Shown here: piece after piece, positions 23,455 to 34,946 of the stretch | Layout: each line of letters begins with the position of its first letter | Position numbering within the stretch: position 1 is the first letter of the stretch | Assembly (NCBI GenBank): GCA_030704615.1 | Contig: CM060732.1 | Span: 34,720,001-34,784,000, forward strand | Source: Takakia lepidozioides | Taxonomy: Eukaryota; Plantae; Bryophyta | DNA: 64,000 bases | Direction: 5' to 3' | Position numbers and translations under genes: made by a program | The notes under the pieces: generated by a model | The model's database searches: none | The model's input: the letters and a program-made list of their open reading frames with translations, nothing else | Told to the model about the DNA's origin: nothing

Positions 23455-23524
23455 ATGAGTATCTTTCCGCTCACGGATTGGCATCTTCCCGCTCACGTGA
23501 GCCGCTCACGGACTAGCATCCCCC
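23455..23524. repeat. Element A right terminus (TIR with GCTCAC repeats)
   Basis: CCGCTCACGG...CCGCTCACGTGAGCCGCTCACGGACTAGCATCCCCC, homologous to B's left end. Confidence 0.78.
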
Positions 23525-24346
23525 TGAAGGTTGCTTTAAACCGTAAAGCGCCTTCACCAGTCTGCAAACCTGGTTGGGGTGTTCTTCATCAATGAAACTG
23601 GCAGGCTGCTCAAGATAGATCTCTTCATCTATCTCACCATACAAGAAGGCCATGCGAACGTCAAATTGCGTTATATCCATGTCTTCCGCTGCAGCAATGG
23701 ATAAAATAGTGCGAATGGAATCGAATTTTGCCCCAGGACTGAAAGTTTCTGTACAGTCCAAACCTTATTTCTGGGTGAATCCTTTTGCGACAAGCCTGGC
23801 TTTGAAACGACCCACACGTTCATCGGCAACAAGTTTGACTTTATAAACCCATTTGGAACGGACGACCTTCCTTCCTTTGGGTAGCTCTTGCAAAATCCAA
23901 GTGACATTCTCTAGGAGAGAATCATATTCTTCTTGCATGGCAGCAATCCATTGCTGGCGCTCAGGAGAATTCACGGCGTCATCGATGGTGATTGGCTCGA
24001 TTGGTAGATAGCCGGGTGGGAGTTGAGTGGTCGTGACATTGCATGTGTAGCTTCCTTTTCCAACTGGGACAAACCAATCGCCATAGCGAGATGGGGGTTG
24101 GCGGGAACGAGTGCCGCGAGCCTTTGGAATAGTGTCCTGCAGATTTTGCATGGGTTGCATGGCATGATCTCCCATAATGGTTGGATCAACAAGATCAATG
24201 CTCACTAGTTCCTCAGCGCGCAGGATGTCATCTTCGCTTGACTGTGTGAAGGGGATCGGAGTCAGCGACTCAGGACTGTCTGGCGCCACAACTGGATGTC
24301 TTCGGTTCGGGTGCTTCCTCAATAACATGCGGTAGTAGGTCTGCAT
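23525..24346 (-). mobile_element. Ty1/copia pol fragment (post-integrase linker and RT N-terminal part), cut by element A
   Basis: W..AM.EEYDSL..N.TW.L..LP.GRK....KWVYKVK...RFKARLVAKGFTQ; QFDVRMAFLYG; VCRLVKALYGLKQ ends at the element A TIR. Confidence 0.92.
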
Positions 24347-27300
24347 GACCAGCTCCCACTACGGGTGGAGCACCTTGGAGGATGTATGCACATGAACTTA
24401 CTGGGATAAGATTGTCTAAAACCAGTCGTAACTTGATGTACTGGGCTCTCATCTCAGCATCAAGGCACATACGATCCCACTCCGCGGTCTACATGGTAAT
24501 GTCATTTTGTTAGCAAAATCATCACAATATTATTAGATATAACCAATGATACATCATAGTCATATAATATATGTCGATAATGTCAATTAGTCCAAATGTT
24601 ACCTGACCTATTGTTGCATCCGATCCTCCTCGACCAGCCCCTTGCGCCGTACGCAAGTTCTTCATGTCTCTGTGCTTTCTCTCTAACACCTCGTTCTTCA
24701 TACGACCAATAGTGACCAATAGTGACACCTTCAGGCAATAGTGCAGCAATCTGACCCGCATGTGCACATTGTACGTGAATATATGACGTCACCGTATCTC
24801 TTATGACCATGGATGCATGCCACATGAACTCATTGCACAAGAAACCAATACTGTGCGAACCATACAAAATATTAGAACTATGGTTCATGGAATAGCATCC
24901 ATCCATCCACTAAAATAACAAAAGACAGTAAGCCAAAGTACTTATCCTCTCCAATAGGTTCAGTGCCTAGCGGCCATGGATCATAACGCTGTTGTAGACG
25001 ATCACACCGCTTGTAAATGTCCCACATTTGCTGAGTATGATGAAAGCGCCGTGGAGTCGGTAATACGTCTATGACATGTACCCATTATCGTTCATGTTTA
25101 TTTGTTAAAAATACATACATGTTGCAAGACATAATTTAAAAAATATGAAAATCAGTATGTCACATGCGGAAATTAGATATTTACCAACAAAAACTCTGAA
25201 TGTTGTGCCAATATCCTGTCGGAGATGGACCCGTGTGATTGTCCATATAGAATATCATAGTACTAAGTGTCTTTGTATGTATGACTATCCACTCGACAAC
25301 CGATCCAGAATGGTGGCCCCTATATCCAAGTCAATGAACGTTCAACATTAGGAACACACTATAATGTGAAGAATTGAATTTCTTCTGAAAATATAATTAT
25401 GATAAAAGACAATGTACAATATATTCCAATAATATCCAAATATCTCACCGTCAAGATGTTGTAAATGTGTGTGGAACGACTTGGGCCCTCTCGAAGAGGC
25501 ATTGTTTTGTCAGTTTTATATGCTATCCTCTGTACATGTCGCATCATCTTCACAACTGTACGAATGATGGCATGTCGTGCACAATAGGCTAGTCCACTCA
25601 TCGGAGGCAGAGTCACCTACATTGCATGTGAATAGATTTTATCAATTTAAATGACACGACTGTGACGACACATAAACGATTCATGCCGGACAATCAATTC
25701 ACATTATACAATTTTATTTTATTCTGGTATGAGATAAAAAACAAATTTAAATAACATAATAGTATACTATGACAATGACTTGGGGTCCACACAACTTTGA
25801 ATGTTTAGCAATGGACATATCATATGGAACCCTTTGAAGTTAGAGGCCATTGACAATAAATATATATTAATAGAATAAAAATGTACAACCATAGTAATTA
25901 GAGATTATCATGTATATTATTTCAATTCATAATTTGGTTGAACATGACTAGGCTCGGAGCTTGTACATTAATATACTATAATATAATAGTATAATATAAT
26001 ATAATATAATTGATGTCTCCCCAATGAAACGTAAATTATTGTGTCTCTTCACCCCCGAGATCTTACTGCCTTCCATTATGAAGATGGACACCTTTGTGAC
26101 ACCAAACGGTGGATTGAACCCACAACCACTTCCGAGGTGGTATATGTCAATTACCATGTACGTTATATTTTCTTTATGTAATACATAATGATCAAATCGT
26201 TAGGATCATTTTTTAATATTAGTATATGATTGATGAATTATTTTAAAATATTCATATCAAACATAATATTTACTAATACTCCAAAAAATTAATATCACAA
26301 CTACAAATAATGAAAGTATGATATTATTTAAGTATTGGTAATTTTAAATTAATTATGACTATTAATCAATTTAGAATTAATTATTTAGGTCTGAAGTTAC
26401 TATTTACATTAGTTACCATGAATGATTACATGAAATTCAAATTATTGGTATGAAATTCGAACACCAAAATAATGTGGTCATTGAACGCCATTGGATGACG
26501 GTTAGAAACTTACATGACAAAAGCCTATGATCGTGTGACAACGTCCCCACTCTAAATCGGGCGGGTCAGCATTAAGCTCTTATATAAGAATGCCTGCAAT
26601 ATGTCATGTAATATAATATTACATAACATAGATATTTAAATATGTTTAATAAAAATGAGTGAGTGAATCACGGGCCAAGCGGGCCGATTCCATACTGAAG
26701 GAAAAAAAAAATGCATTACAAAATAAGTTTGAAAAATTTAATCGGTGGATGATTTATCGCACCTTGAGAATACGTCGAGGAAATGAATTGGTACCAAGTC
26801 CGACCGACCAACGTCCCGACGGTGTAATGGTGTAGCCATCGTATTCCTCCTTATAATAAGGTATAATATACTATAATAACAAACATTAGAAAAATAAAAA
26901 TAAAAGTAAAAATTCAAACTAAAATACAACACAAGATAACAAGAGAAAAATGAAGGCTTATCTCGAGGACTACTCGAGAAAAGAACTTGTGCGAGGAACA
27001 AATGAGGGCTCCCCATATTTATATGTGGGATGAGCACTTAGACAATGATTGTTGGACGATGTGCGGATGATACCATGTGGATGACCTCGTGGATGAATTT
27101 CTAACAATGCGATATGGAGGTATGACTAGGATGTAGAGTAATAATTATTGATGAGAAAATGTATGAGCATGGATGAGAAATCATTATTATGAAAGCCCAA
27201 ACATGTGAGCATGGTTGACATTATCATTAAGGTAAAATAAGACAAATAAACTTGAGTGCATGACATGTGGTTGCTTAATAATGAGACTTTTGTTTTATAT

Positions 27301-27659
27301 GAAGTTTGAATATGACGCAATCATTGCGGCTTGCACCATGTGCTTGAGAACCGGCTAGAGCCTCATTGTAGGTGATCGACTATACTCTGTTTTACAAGTC
27401 ATAAAGCATACTTTGAGACGAAAGATACCTTAAAGATACTTAGAAAAAGTTATCTTTGCACATAATTAATGGGAAGCCTCTAGCTTGGATGAAAATGTTA
27501 TTAGTAGTAGGGCTTCTCCCCCTTTATCAAAAAAAAAAAAAAACAGAATTCACATTGAACCATTGGTCTGCATTAACTTGTTACATAATTTAATTTGAAT
27601 TATAATTATTAAAATGATTAAATAAAATTTTAAACATAATAAAAAAATATTTAATGTAC

Positions 27660-27871
27660 CCGAATCTCATACTTGGATTACTGTATAGCCGCCGGATATT
27701 ATAATCTGAATATCCGGACCTATTTATATCCGACATATTTTGAAAATATTTCGTTATGCATAGAAATTCACATTATTCTAATATCCGGATTCGCCGGATA
27801 CATCCTTCTCCAATTTGGCAAGTATTCAGATCTGACGGAAATTAAAAAAAAGCAAAGAACCGCCCAACACT
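27660..27871. mobile_element. Possible end of a non-autonomous DNA transposon (hAT/MITE-like)
   Basis: Clustered TATCCGG/CCGGATA motifs ending in CCCAACACTG (reverse complement CAGTGTTGGG). No partner end found. Confidence 0.35.
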
Positions 27872-27933
27872 GGACCCTGGAACACACCAGCAAGCCCAGT
27901 TACGATTGGATTTTCCACATAATGTACTAATTA

Positions 27934-28490
27934 GTGCAAGTTACAGAGTTTGTAACTCAGATGCAAGAGCAGCTGGCAAGTGTAAGGTTGAATATCTGTA
28001 AGGCCTTAGATAGGGTTAAGAGTTATGCGGAGAAGAAACGCAGTTCTAGGAAATTCAAGGTGGGGGACAAAGTGTTCTTATTGATAGCATCACCTGAATC
28101 ACCTACCTTTGTGAAAAAATAATGTAAGAAAAAAGAAAAAAAAAACTATTTTATCGGCATTGCGGACCTTCGCTGGTTGTGAAATGCATTAACGATGTTG
28201 CATATAAGCTAGAGCTTCCATAGTCATATAAGATACATCAAGTGTTTCATCTTAGCAAGCTTAAGAGATATTTATATGATGAGGATAATTTGGTAGAAAG
28301 AACTATATTTTCTTAAGAAGGGCCGGAGAGTGACCAACACGGACCTTGGCAGGTTTTGGACAAAAGAGAACGCAACTTGCACAGTCGTCTCATCAAGGAG
28401 TGTTTGGTTGCATGACAGACTTCCTTTTACTGATGCTACTACGTGGGAGTTTGACTAGACAATAAGACAAAAATACTCATACCGTAGAGA
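27934..28490 (+). mobile_element. Degraded Ty3/gypsy integrase C-terminus/chromodomain remnant
   Basis: KSYAEKKRSSRKFKVGDKVFL, AYKLELP, IHQVFHLSKLK and a downstream chromodomain-like remnant, with many stops. Confidence 0.8.
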
Positions 28491-28491
28491 A

Positions 28492-28945
28492 TGTGACAAC
28501 CTAGATTAGCAAAAGTTAGACTTTATGGGTTTAAGCAAACCATAAATAGTAAAAGTATAAAAAAGACTTTAAGCAAAGCCACATATAGTAAAAGTACATA
28601 TATAGACTTTATAAACAAAATCAGAATATTGGCAAATGTCTAAGGAAGACTAGAGTTAAGTAAAGCAAAGAGTAAACTTTAATAGCAAGAAAAAATATCA
28701 GGAATAGCTAAGCCGGAATATCTTTAGAGCAAGGGGGTGAAAATCAGAGGTTGTTACTCAGAGTCTTGAGAGAGAGCAAGACATACTTAGTACCTAGAAA
28801 GATCCAGTACTCTTTGGCAAGCAGCAAGTCTAGAGGTCTCTAGGCTAGGATGTTAACTTGCTCGGAGGTAGCTTAATTGTTTAAGCACTTTCTATAAGAG
28901 ATTTGATCATTACATCATTATTCTATCTACAATAGATACACAACA
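28492..28945. repeat. Putative LTR remnant
   Basis: Begins TGTGA right after the integrase remnant and ends CAACA. Internal short duplications. No second copy in the window. Confidence 0.35.
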
Positions 28946-29689
28946 CTAGTTACCGAGAGCATAATTAAGAACACGTTTTTATGAACAGATTTTTTGGGAA
29001 CATGCACATGAGAACAAAAAGGGTGAAGTTTAAATCTGCCCCAGCCTTTATCCCTTTGCCATGTCAAATTTTGAGATAAATCTAATCTCCTGGCCGCACA
29101 AGGTACTTAAGCAAGGTAAAATACATTCCGCATTAATCCCTCGTATAACCCCAGGTGCAAATGGACCTATAGGATTTTCCTAACATGTAACATATAACAC
29201 TCTTTCACTTGTTTGTAGTGAAAGTTTTTAGGGAGTAGCAAAAACGTAATAATAAAAGAGATGTTTCATATAATGATGTAACATTCATAGAGGACCAACT
29301 ATAAGATGTTTTTTGCCTTATGGCCATTGACCCAACGCCAATTTGAGCGAAACACAAAAGGACATAAACTATCTTTGTGTCTTTACACATGAAGCATCAT
29401 TTTGCTGTGTGTGATTTTCCCAATAACTAAGCCCCGAAAGGGCTTGGGCTTCTGGAAGGTACAGAGTCGATCCAACCAGCCTTGCAATTCAATATCAGCA
29501 CGAAATGTTCATATGAAAAACACTGAAAATTATGAAATGAGTATTTTTTCACCTCTGGGGACTCGGCAAGGAAACCGGTCGCAGTTATCCTCACAAAAAC
29601 ATATTTGTTTTTGTTTTTTCGTTTTTTTTGAGATGAATCAGACCATTTCTCCGGTCCTCACCAGGCACTATCAATGCATTTCAATTACT

Positions 29690-30050
29690 CATAGGGTGAC
29701 ATGGGCAGAACTTGGTGGAGAGCTTAGTCAGTACCTTATTTTTGGTGTAAACCATGTTAAGTTGTCCATCTTTTTGGTCTTTGCAGATATGCAAGTTCGT
29801 CTTCTTTGAAAGTCCTACTTTGTGCCCTCTAGTTCACAATCTTCGATCCACCCTACTTGGCCGAGAAACCCCCTTACTTTAGAGACTGACCCTGGGGTAG
29901 GTAATTGAGAGATTGCACTTACCTTTGAAGGATTCATTGCAACTTCATTTTTGGACACAAATGTCCTAACAATAATCCACGAGTAAAGGCAAATACACCA
30001 TTGGGTTTTAAGAGAGATAGAGTTCAGGACATTTTATCTCAATTGATTAC
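29690..30050 (-). mobile_element. Degraded Ty3/gypsy RT-RNaseH connection remnant
   Basis: Minus strand reads VAMNPSKVSAISQLPTPGSVSKVRGFLGQVG. Confidence 0.65.
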
Positions 30051-30689
30051 ATAATTTTCCTTTCTCAGATTGTTTGTTTTGGAGTTTGATCTCGAAGTTT
30101 GTAGGGAGCACATGAAAATAGTGTTGCACATTGTTTACCTACTACTACCCAAACCAAAATCTCCAAAATGAAGATCAAATCCACTCAGGTAACAACTGTT
30201 ACTGGCACCATTTCCTCTCATTTCTGACAAACATCAGGGATTGAGTCACATGGGCATGTCTGCAACAAATGGATAGAGGCACCAGTTCCAGTTTCATGAT
30301 TTTTGTTTTCTTTCTCTACCTTGATTCTTCCCACCTGCATCAGATTTGTCATTTAAATTCTTCTCAGAGCTTTAGCTCTGCGCTACTGATGTGCAGGACA
30401 CTCTCTCCCTCTCTGACCATGCGGTCTACCTTTGGATGCCTTATACTCTGATCTCTTACTCACTCCAGCCAAAGCACCACAACACCTGTGAGATTGTGAG
30501 GGCTAGTAGGGTCCGCTCTTTGATACCCGTGCTTAGAACCGGGTTTATTTTGAACCTTCCACTGACTTTGCTTCAGGTACCATCCACTCATCAGAACAGC
30601 TGGTAGAACCCTGGATACCAGATCCACACTCGTTCTCCTCCTCCTCCCCTGCTGGCATGCGCAAGAGCCAGAGGAGACGCCCTCTTGCC

Positions 30690-31015
30690 CTGCTTCTTCC
30701 TCGCACAAAGGAGCTTCTTGTTTCTGAAACCCTATTTTTTGGTGCAGCAATTTGAAACTTTTCCTTTCACTCTTGAAGGAATGTTGGTGGATGTGGAGAG
30801 GGATGAAGTTGTACACTCATATGAGTTCCCCGATTGTGCAACCTGCTTCTGCCCTGCTCGTTTTCTTGATTCCTCTCCAATCTTAGTCTCCTCATCCATC
30901 CTGCTTGGAAACTAAAAGAAACGATGTTGGCTACCTTATGTGAATGCCCCTAAATCAGCTCCCCTGCAACATATGGCAGTTGAGACGAGCACGACTTCAA
31001 CATGACAATCTTGTA
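30690..31015. repeat. Decayed local duplication: pieces similar to ~38125-38290 and ~44208-44282
   Basis: TGAAACCCTA.TTTTTGGT.CAGCAATTTG...GAATGTTGGTGGATGT...GGATGAAGTT is shared with 38140-38230. TGTGAATGCCC.TAAA.CAGCTCCCCTG...GAGCACGACTTCAAC is shared with 44209-44270. Confidence 0.85.
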
Positions 31016-31305
31016 GCCATGTGGATTGAGGCAGTGGATTATGGATCCACTATGTTTGGGTGTGGAACGTGGGTGTAGGTTCATCGCTGTCCTTCGTCCA
31101 TGGCTGAATTTATGAATTTGGAAACTCCTCGATTCGATGCTGGCTTGAACAAAAGAACAATAAGTTGACTACTTTAGATTCACAAGGTGCACATCAGAGA
31201 TTCTCTCAATTACTGCATGCAGTTACGTCAAGGAAAGACATGTTGTGACTTTTCCACCACTGTGTGAAGCGATGCCACCTTTCTCATGCATGTTGCTTGG
31301 TTCAC

Positions 31306-33873
31306 TTACCAGCAATCCCCACAAGAACAAACCCCATCTTGGAAGTGGTGAAAGCGGTTGGCATCCCGTACAACAACTGTCCGCCCCACAATCTTTGAGA
31401 TGATCTTGGTGGCTGTGTGCATCCCAGGGGGAGTGCTACTAAGCCCAAATGCAATGGCCAACTTCTCACTGTGGTGGCAAAGAGAAAACTCCCTTTGCTC
31501 CTCCTCAAAGTGATGCAATACAGAGGGCATGTCAGGCACATACCCACCCTCCTTCATCTGCCCAGACAATCTATTCAGCTCAGCATGGGTGATTTGTCTC
31601 CTCCATAGAAGGTGTGCACCAGCTTGTCAACCTCAATGCAGCTGTGCCCTGGCACCTTTCTCACACCTCTTTCCTCCATCATTTTTCTCACCTTTGTTTT
31701 ATCGGCCCACCTGCCAGCGGCAACATAGATGTTTGAAAGCAGCACAAAAGCTTGAGCCTGTTGTGGATCAATCTTAAAAACGATATTTACTGCACGCTCT
31801 GCTATCTGAACCTCACCATGAAGTCTACAGGCACCAAGCAAGGCCCCCCACACTGAAGCATCTGGCTCAATTGGCATTTTCTGGATTAAGTCCTCTGCCG
31901 CATCCAATCGCCCTGCGCGGCCAAGAAGGTCCACCATGCACCCAAAATGCTCCATTGTAGGTGGGAGCCCATGTTCTCGAATCATGGAATCAAAGTAGTG
32001 ACAGCCTTCATCAACTAGGCCTGCATGGCTACATGCAGAGAGAAGAGATATAAATGCGATATTGTCCACCTTCAAGCCTTCCTCTTGCATTTGTTCAAAG
32101 AATTGCACCCTACCATAGCCATGCTGAGCATATCCTGCCATCATTGCAGTCCATGAGACCACATCTCTTTCAGCCATATTGTCGAACACTTTACGTGCAT
32201 CCATTACGCTCCCGCATTTTGCATACATGTTAACAAGGGCATTCTCCAACTTGGTATATGAGGCAATTCCAGCTTTCATTATGTCAGAATGGAGCTCTTT
32301 GCCTTTTCCCAGGGCTCCTAAGCTGGCACAAGCATTGAGAACACAAATGAACGCGACCCTGTCAGGCCTCACCATTTCCCGTTGCATTTGCTCATAGATT
32401 TTGAAAGCCTCCCTACCACTTCCACACTGAGCATATCCTGCTATTGTCGCACTCCATGAGACAACATCTCGTTCAGTCATATTTTCCAACACTTCACGTG
32501 CATCCTTCATGCTCCCACATTTCGCATACATGTCAACAAGGGTATTCTGCAGAATGATATCTGGTGTAACTCCACCTTTCATGATATCCGCATGGACCTC
32601 TTTGCCCTTTTCCAGGGCTCCTAGGCTGGCACATGCATTCAGAACGCAAGAAAATGTGATCCTGTCTGGTGCCACCCTTTCCTGCTGCATTCCCTCAAAG
32701 AGCTTTAAAGCCTCCCTACCACATCCATGCTGAACATACGCTGTAATCATGGCATTCCATGAGACCACATTTCGTTGAGCCATACTGTCGAAGACTTGTC
32801 GTGCATCCTTCACACTCCCACCAACAAGGGCATTCTCCAGATTAACGTATGATGAAATTCCAGATTCAAGAATCTCATCATGGATCTTTTTGCCCGTTTC
32901 CAAAGATCTTAGGCTGGCACATGCATTGAGAACAGAAATGAAGGTAATTGGGAGTCACCCCTTCCCGTTGCATTTGCTCATAGATTTCAAAAGCCTTCTT
33001 ACCATACCCATGCTGAGCATATCCAGAGATCAGCGCACTCCATGAGACCACATTTCGTCTAGCCATATTGTCAAACACTTCTCGTGCATCCTTCATGCTC
33101 CCACATTTGGCATACATGTCAACAAGGGCAGTCTCCAGAATGATCCCTGGCACAATTCCACTTCTGATGATGTCAGCATGCACCTCTTTTCCCTGTTTGA
33201 GAGCACCTAAGCTGGCACGCGCATGCAGCAAGCAAACGAACGAGACCCTGTTGGGTGTCACCCCCTCCCGCTGCATTTGTTGATAGAGCACGCAAGCCTC
33301 CCTAGCACAATTAAGCTTCGCATATCCTGCTATCATTATATTCCACGTAAACATATCTCGTTCAGGCATTTTGTCAAACACCTGACGTGCATCCACCACA
33401 CTCCCACACTTGACATACATGTTCATCAGGGTGTTCAGCAAACAGGTGTTTGGCTGGCATCCACTTTGGACAATGTGGGCGTGCACCTGTTTCCCCTCCG
33501 CCAGGTCTTTCATGTTGATGCACTCTTGCAAGACACGGACATAAGCATTGGAGTCTGGCCGAATGCCTCCATAGTTCCAAATGTGCAGTGCCTCTTTCTG
33601 CCATCCTGCATTACATTGCGTCCTCACATACCCCCAAGTGCCAGAAGTGTTCTTACCTCCCTCTCTTGATCGTCTTTCACAAGTGAAGGTGCTGTGCCTA
33701 CCGCCGGTCCGATTTTCAACAGCAAACTGTGGCCCCTCCAACGCCATAATCCTGCATGATTCGAAACACTTAGTTCCCAACCGGCAGACCCAACTGACAG
33801 TCGGGCTGCTGATCCCTCGGCTATTGTTTGAGAAGGCAGGACTTGCCAACCGTTGCAAAGATAGTAATCGCAT
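31306..33873 (-). pseudogene. PLS-class PPR-E-DYW RNA-editing factor, disrupted
   Basis: PLS repeats (LVDMYAKCGS...DVVSW), E domain (WGALLGACRLHG) and DYW (HSEKLAIAFGL...FHHFQDGVCSCGDCW). Frameshifts near 32930 and 31590. The KNLRxCxDC segment of DYW is missing. Confidence 0.9.
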
Positions 33874-34477
33874 CTAGGGCTTCCACCATACCGACAGTCT
33901 TGTAGACCATTCTTCAACGATAGCACTGTGGAGCGCGATAGACCAAACCTTCAAATCTAGGCTCTGGTTTTTCGTGGGCTGGTCATTCATCTCTAAACGT
34001 TGGTTTCATTCAGAAGTTCACTTGTGCTCTTGCCACACAAAGACGAGCAAACGTCGAACATTGGCCGCCCACAGCCTTCACCAACCGCCATCACTTCAAT
34101 GATACATAGAAGATTGAAACACATGCATCTCATGAACATTCTCGATTGTTTGTTGTATATGGAACCCTCCCACAGTGTGGAAGATTTGGGTGTATGGAAT
34201 GTGCAAAGTGGGATGTCTTCATTGTGCTTGTAGGCTGACTTGCAATCACATTTGAAAGCAACAAGGTGTACTGATGGATGACCCTGAACGGACACCATGA
34301 GCTGTAGTATCCCAAACCTTTAGCCCACAGCTGCCCGTTTCCTCAGATATGGGGTCCACGTGATTATGTGTTTGTTTGGTGATTGGTGCTTGTACTGTTA
34401 TGATAGGCAACAAATCCCAACTATTAGAGAGGCCCGCTTTACCAGATACATACCCTCTTGAGAACCGTTGAGAGGAA

Positions 34478-34527
34478 AAGGGCAGTCTTATAAGCTCTTC
34501 GTTCCTTGGTCTTATAAGACTGCCCTT
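34478..34527. repeat. Perfect 17-bp inverted repeat with a 16-nt loop
   Basis: AAGGGCAGTCTTATAAG ... CTTATAAGACTGCCCTT. Confidence 0.85.
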
Positions 34528-34946
34528 CTTTCCATGGTCCTTGAAATCTTACTGCCAGTGTAAATTATAAGCACAGGCATATTCCTCCTTGTTTTCCTCC
34601 CTCCCAAGGACAAAGACGTGACTCTCGATGCATCCTTGAGATACCACAGATTAGCAAAGCACATTGAGACAGGAAACACTTGCCATCTATTAGATTAGCC
34701 CCAACAAAAAGAAAATAGGTGCCTTATTATACATTTCCAACAAAAATGTCGGACCAAACCAACCTGCAACAAACATAACAATGCAAGCAAGCACATCTGG
34801 CTGCAGGTGGCTACTACAAGTTGGTCGAGGTAGGTAACTGTCTCCCTGAATAAATGACTCTGACAAACTATGTTACAAGCTGGGTACACTCCTTCCAATG
34901 TGGCAAAGGAGATAAAAAAGGGAAAAAATGGAGTCTGGCTGCTGTG

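Larger units (their letters stand above)
3204..23524. mobile_element. MULE-superfamily DNA transposon 'element A' (transposase on minus, ParB-MTase gene on plus); left end outside the window; contains nested element B
   Basis: Right terminus read inward is GGGGGATGCTAGTCCGTGAGC, matching element B's equivalent end GGGGAATGCTTGTGCGTGAGC. It abuts a copia RT broken mid-domain at 23525. Gene content is the same as B, in inverted orientation. Confidence 0.8.

Noticed and set aside
23490-23516. Helitron 3' end (hairpin followed by CTAG)
   Set aside because: CTAG is not followed by T, there is no Rep/helicase, and the sequence continues to 23524 as a match to element B's terminus.
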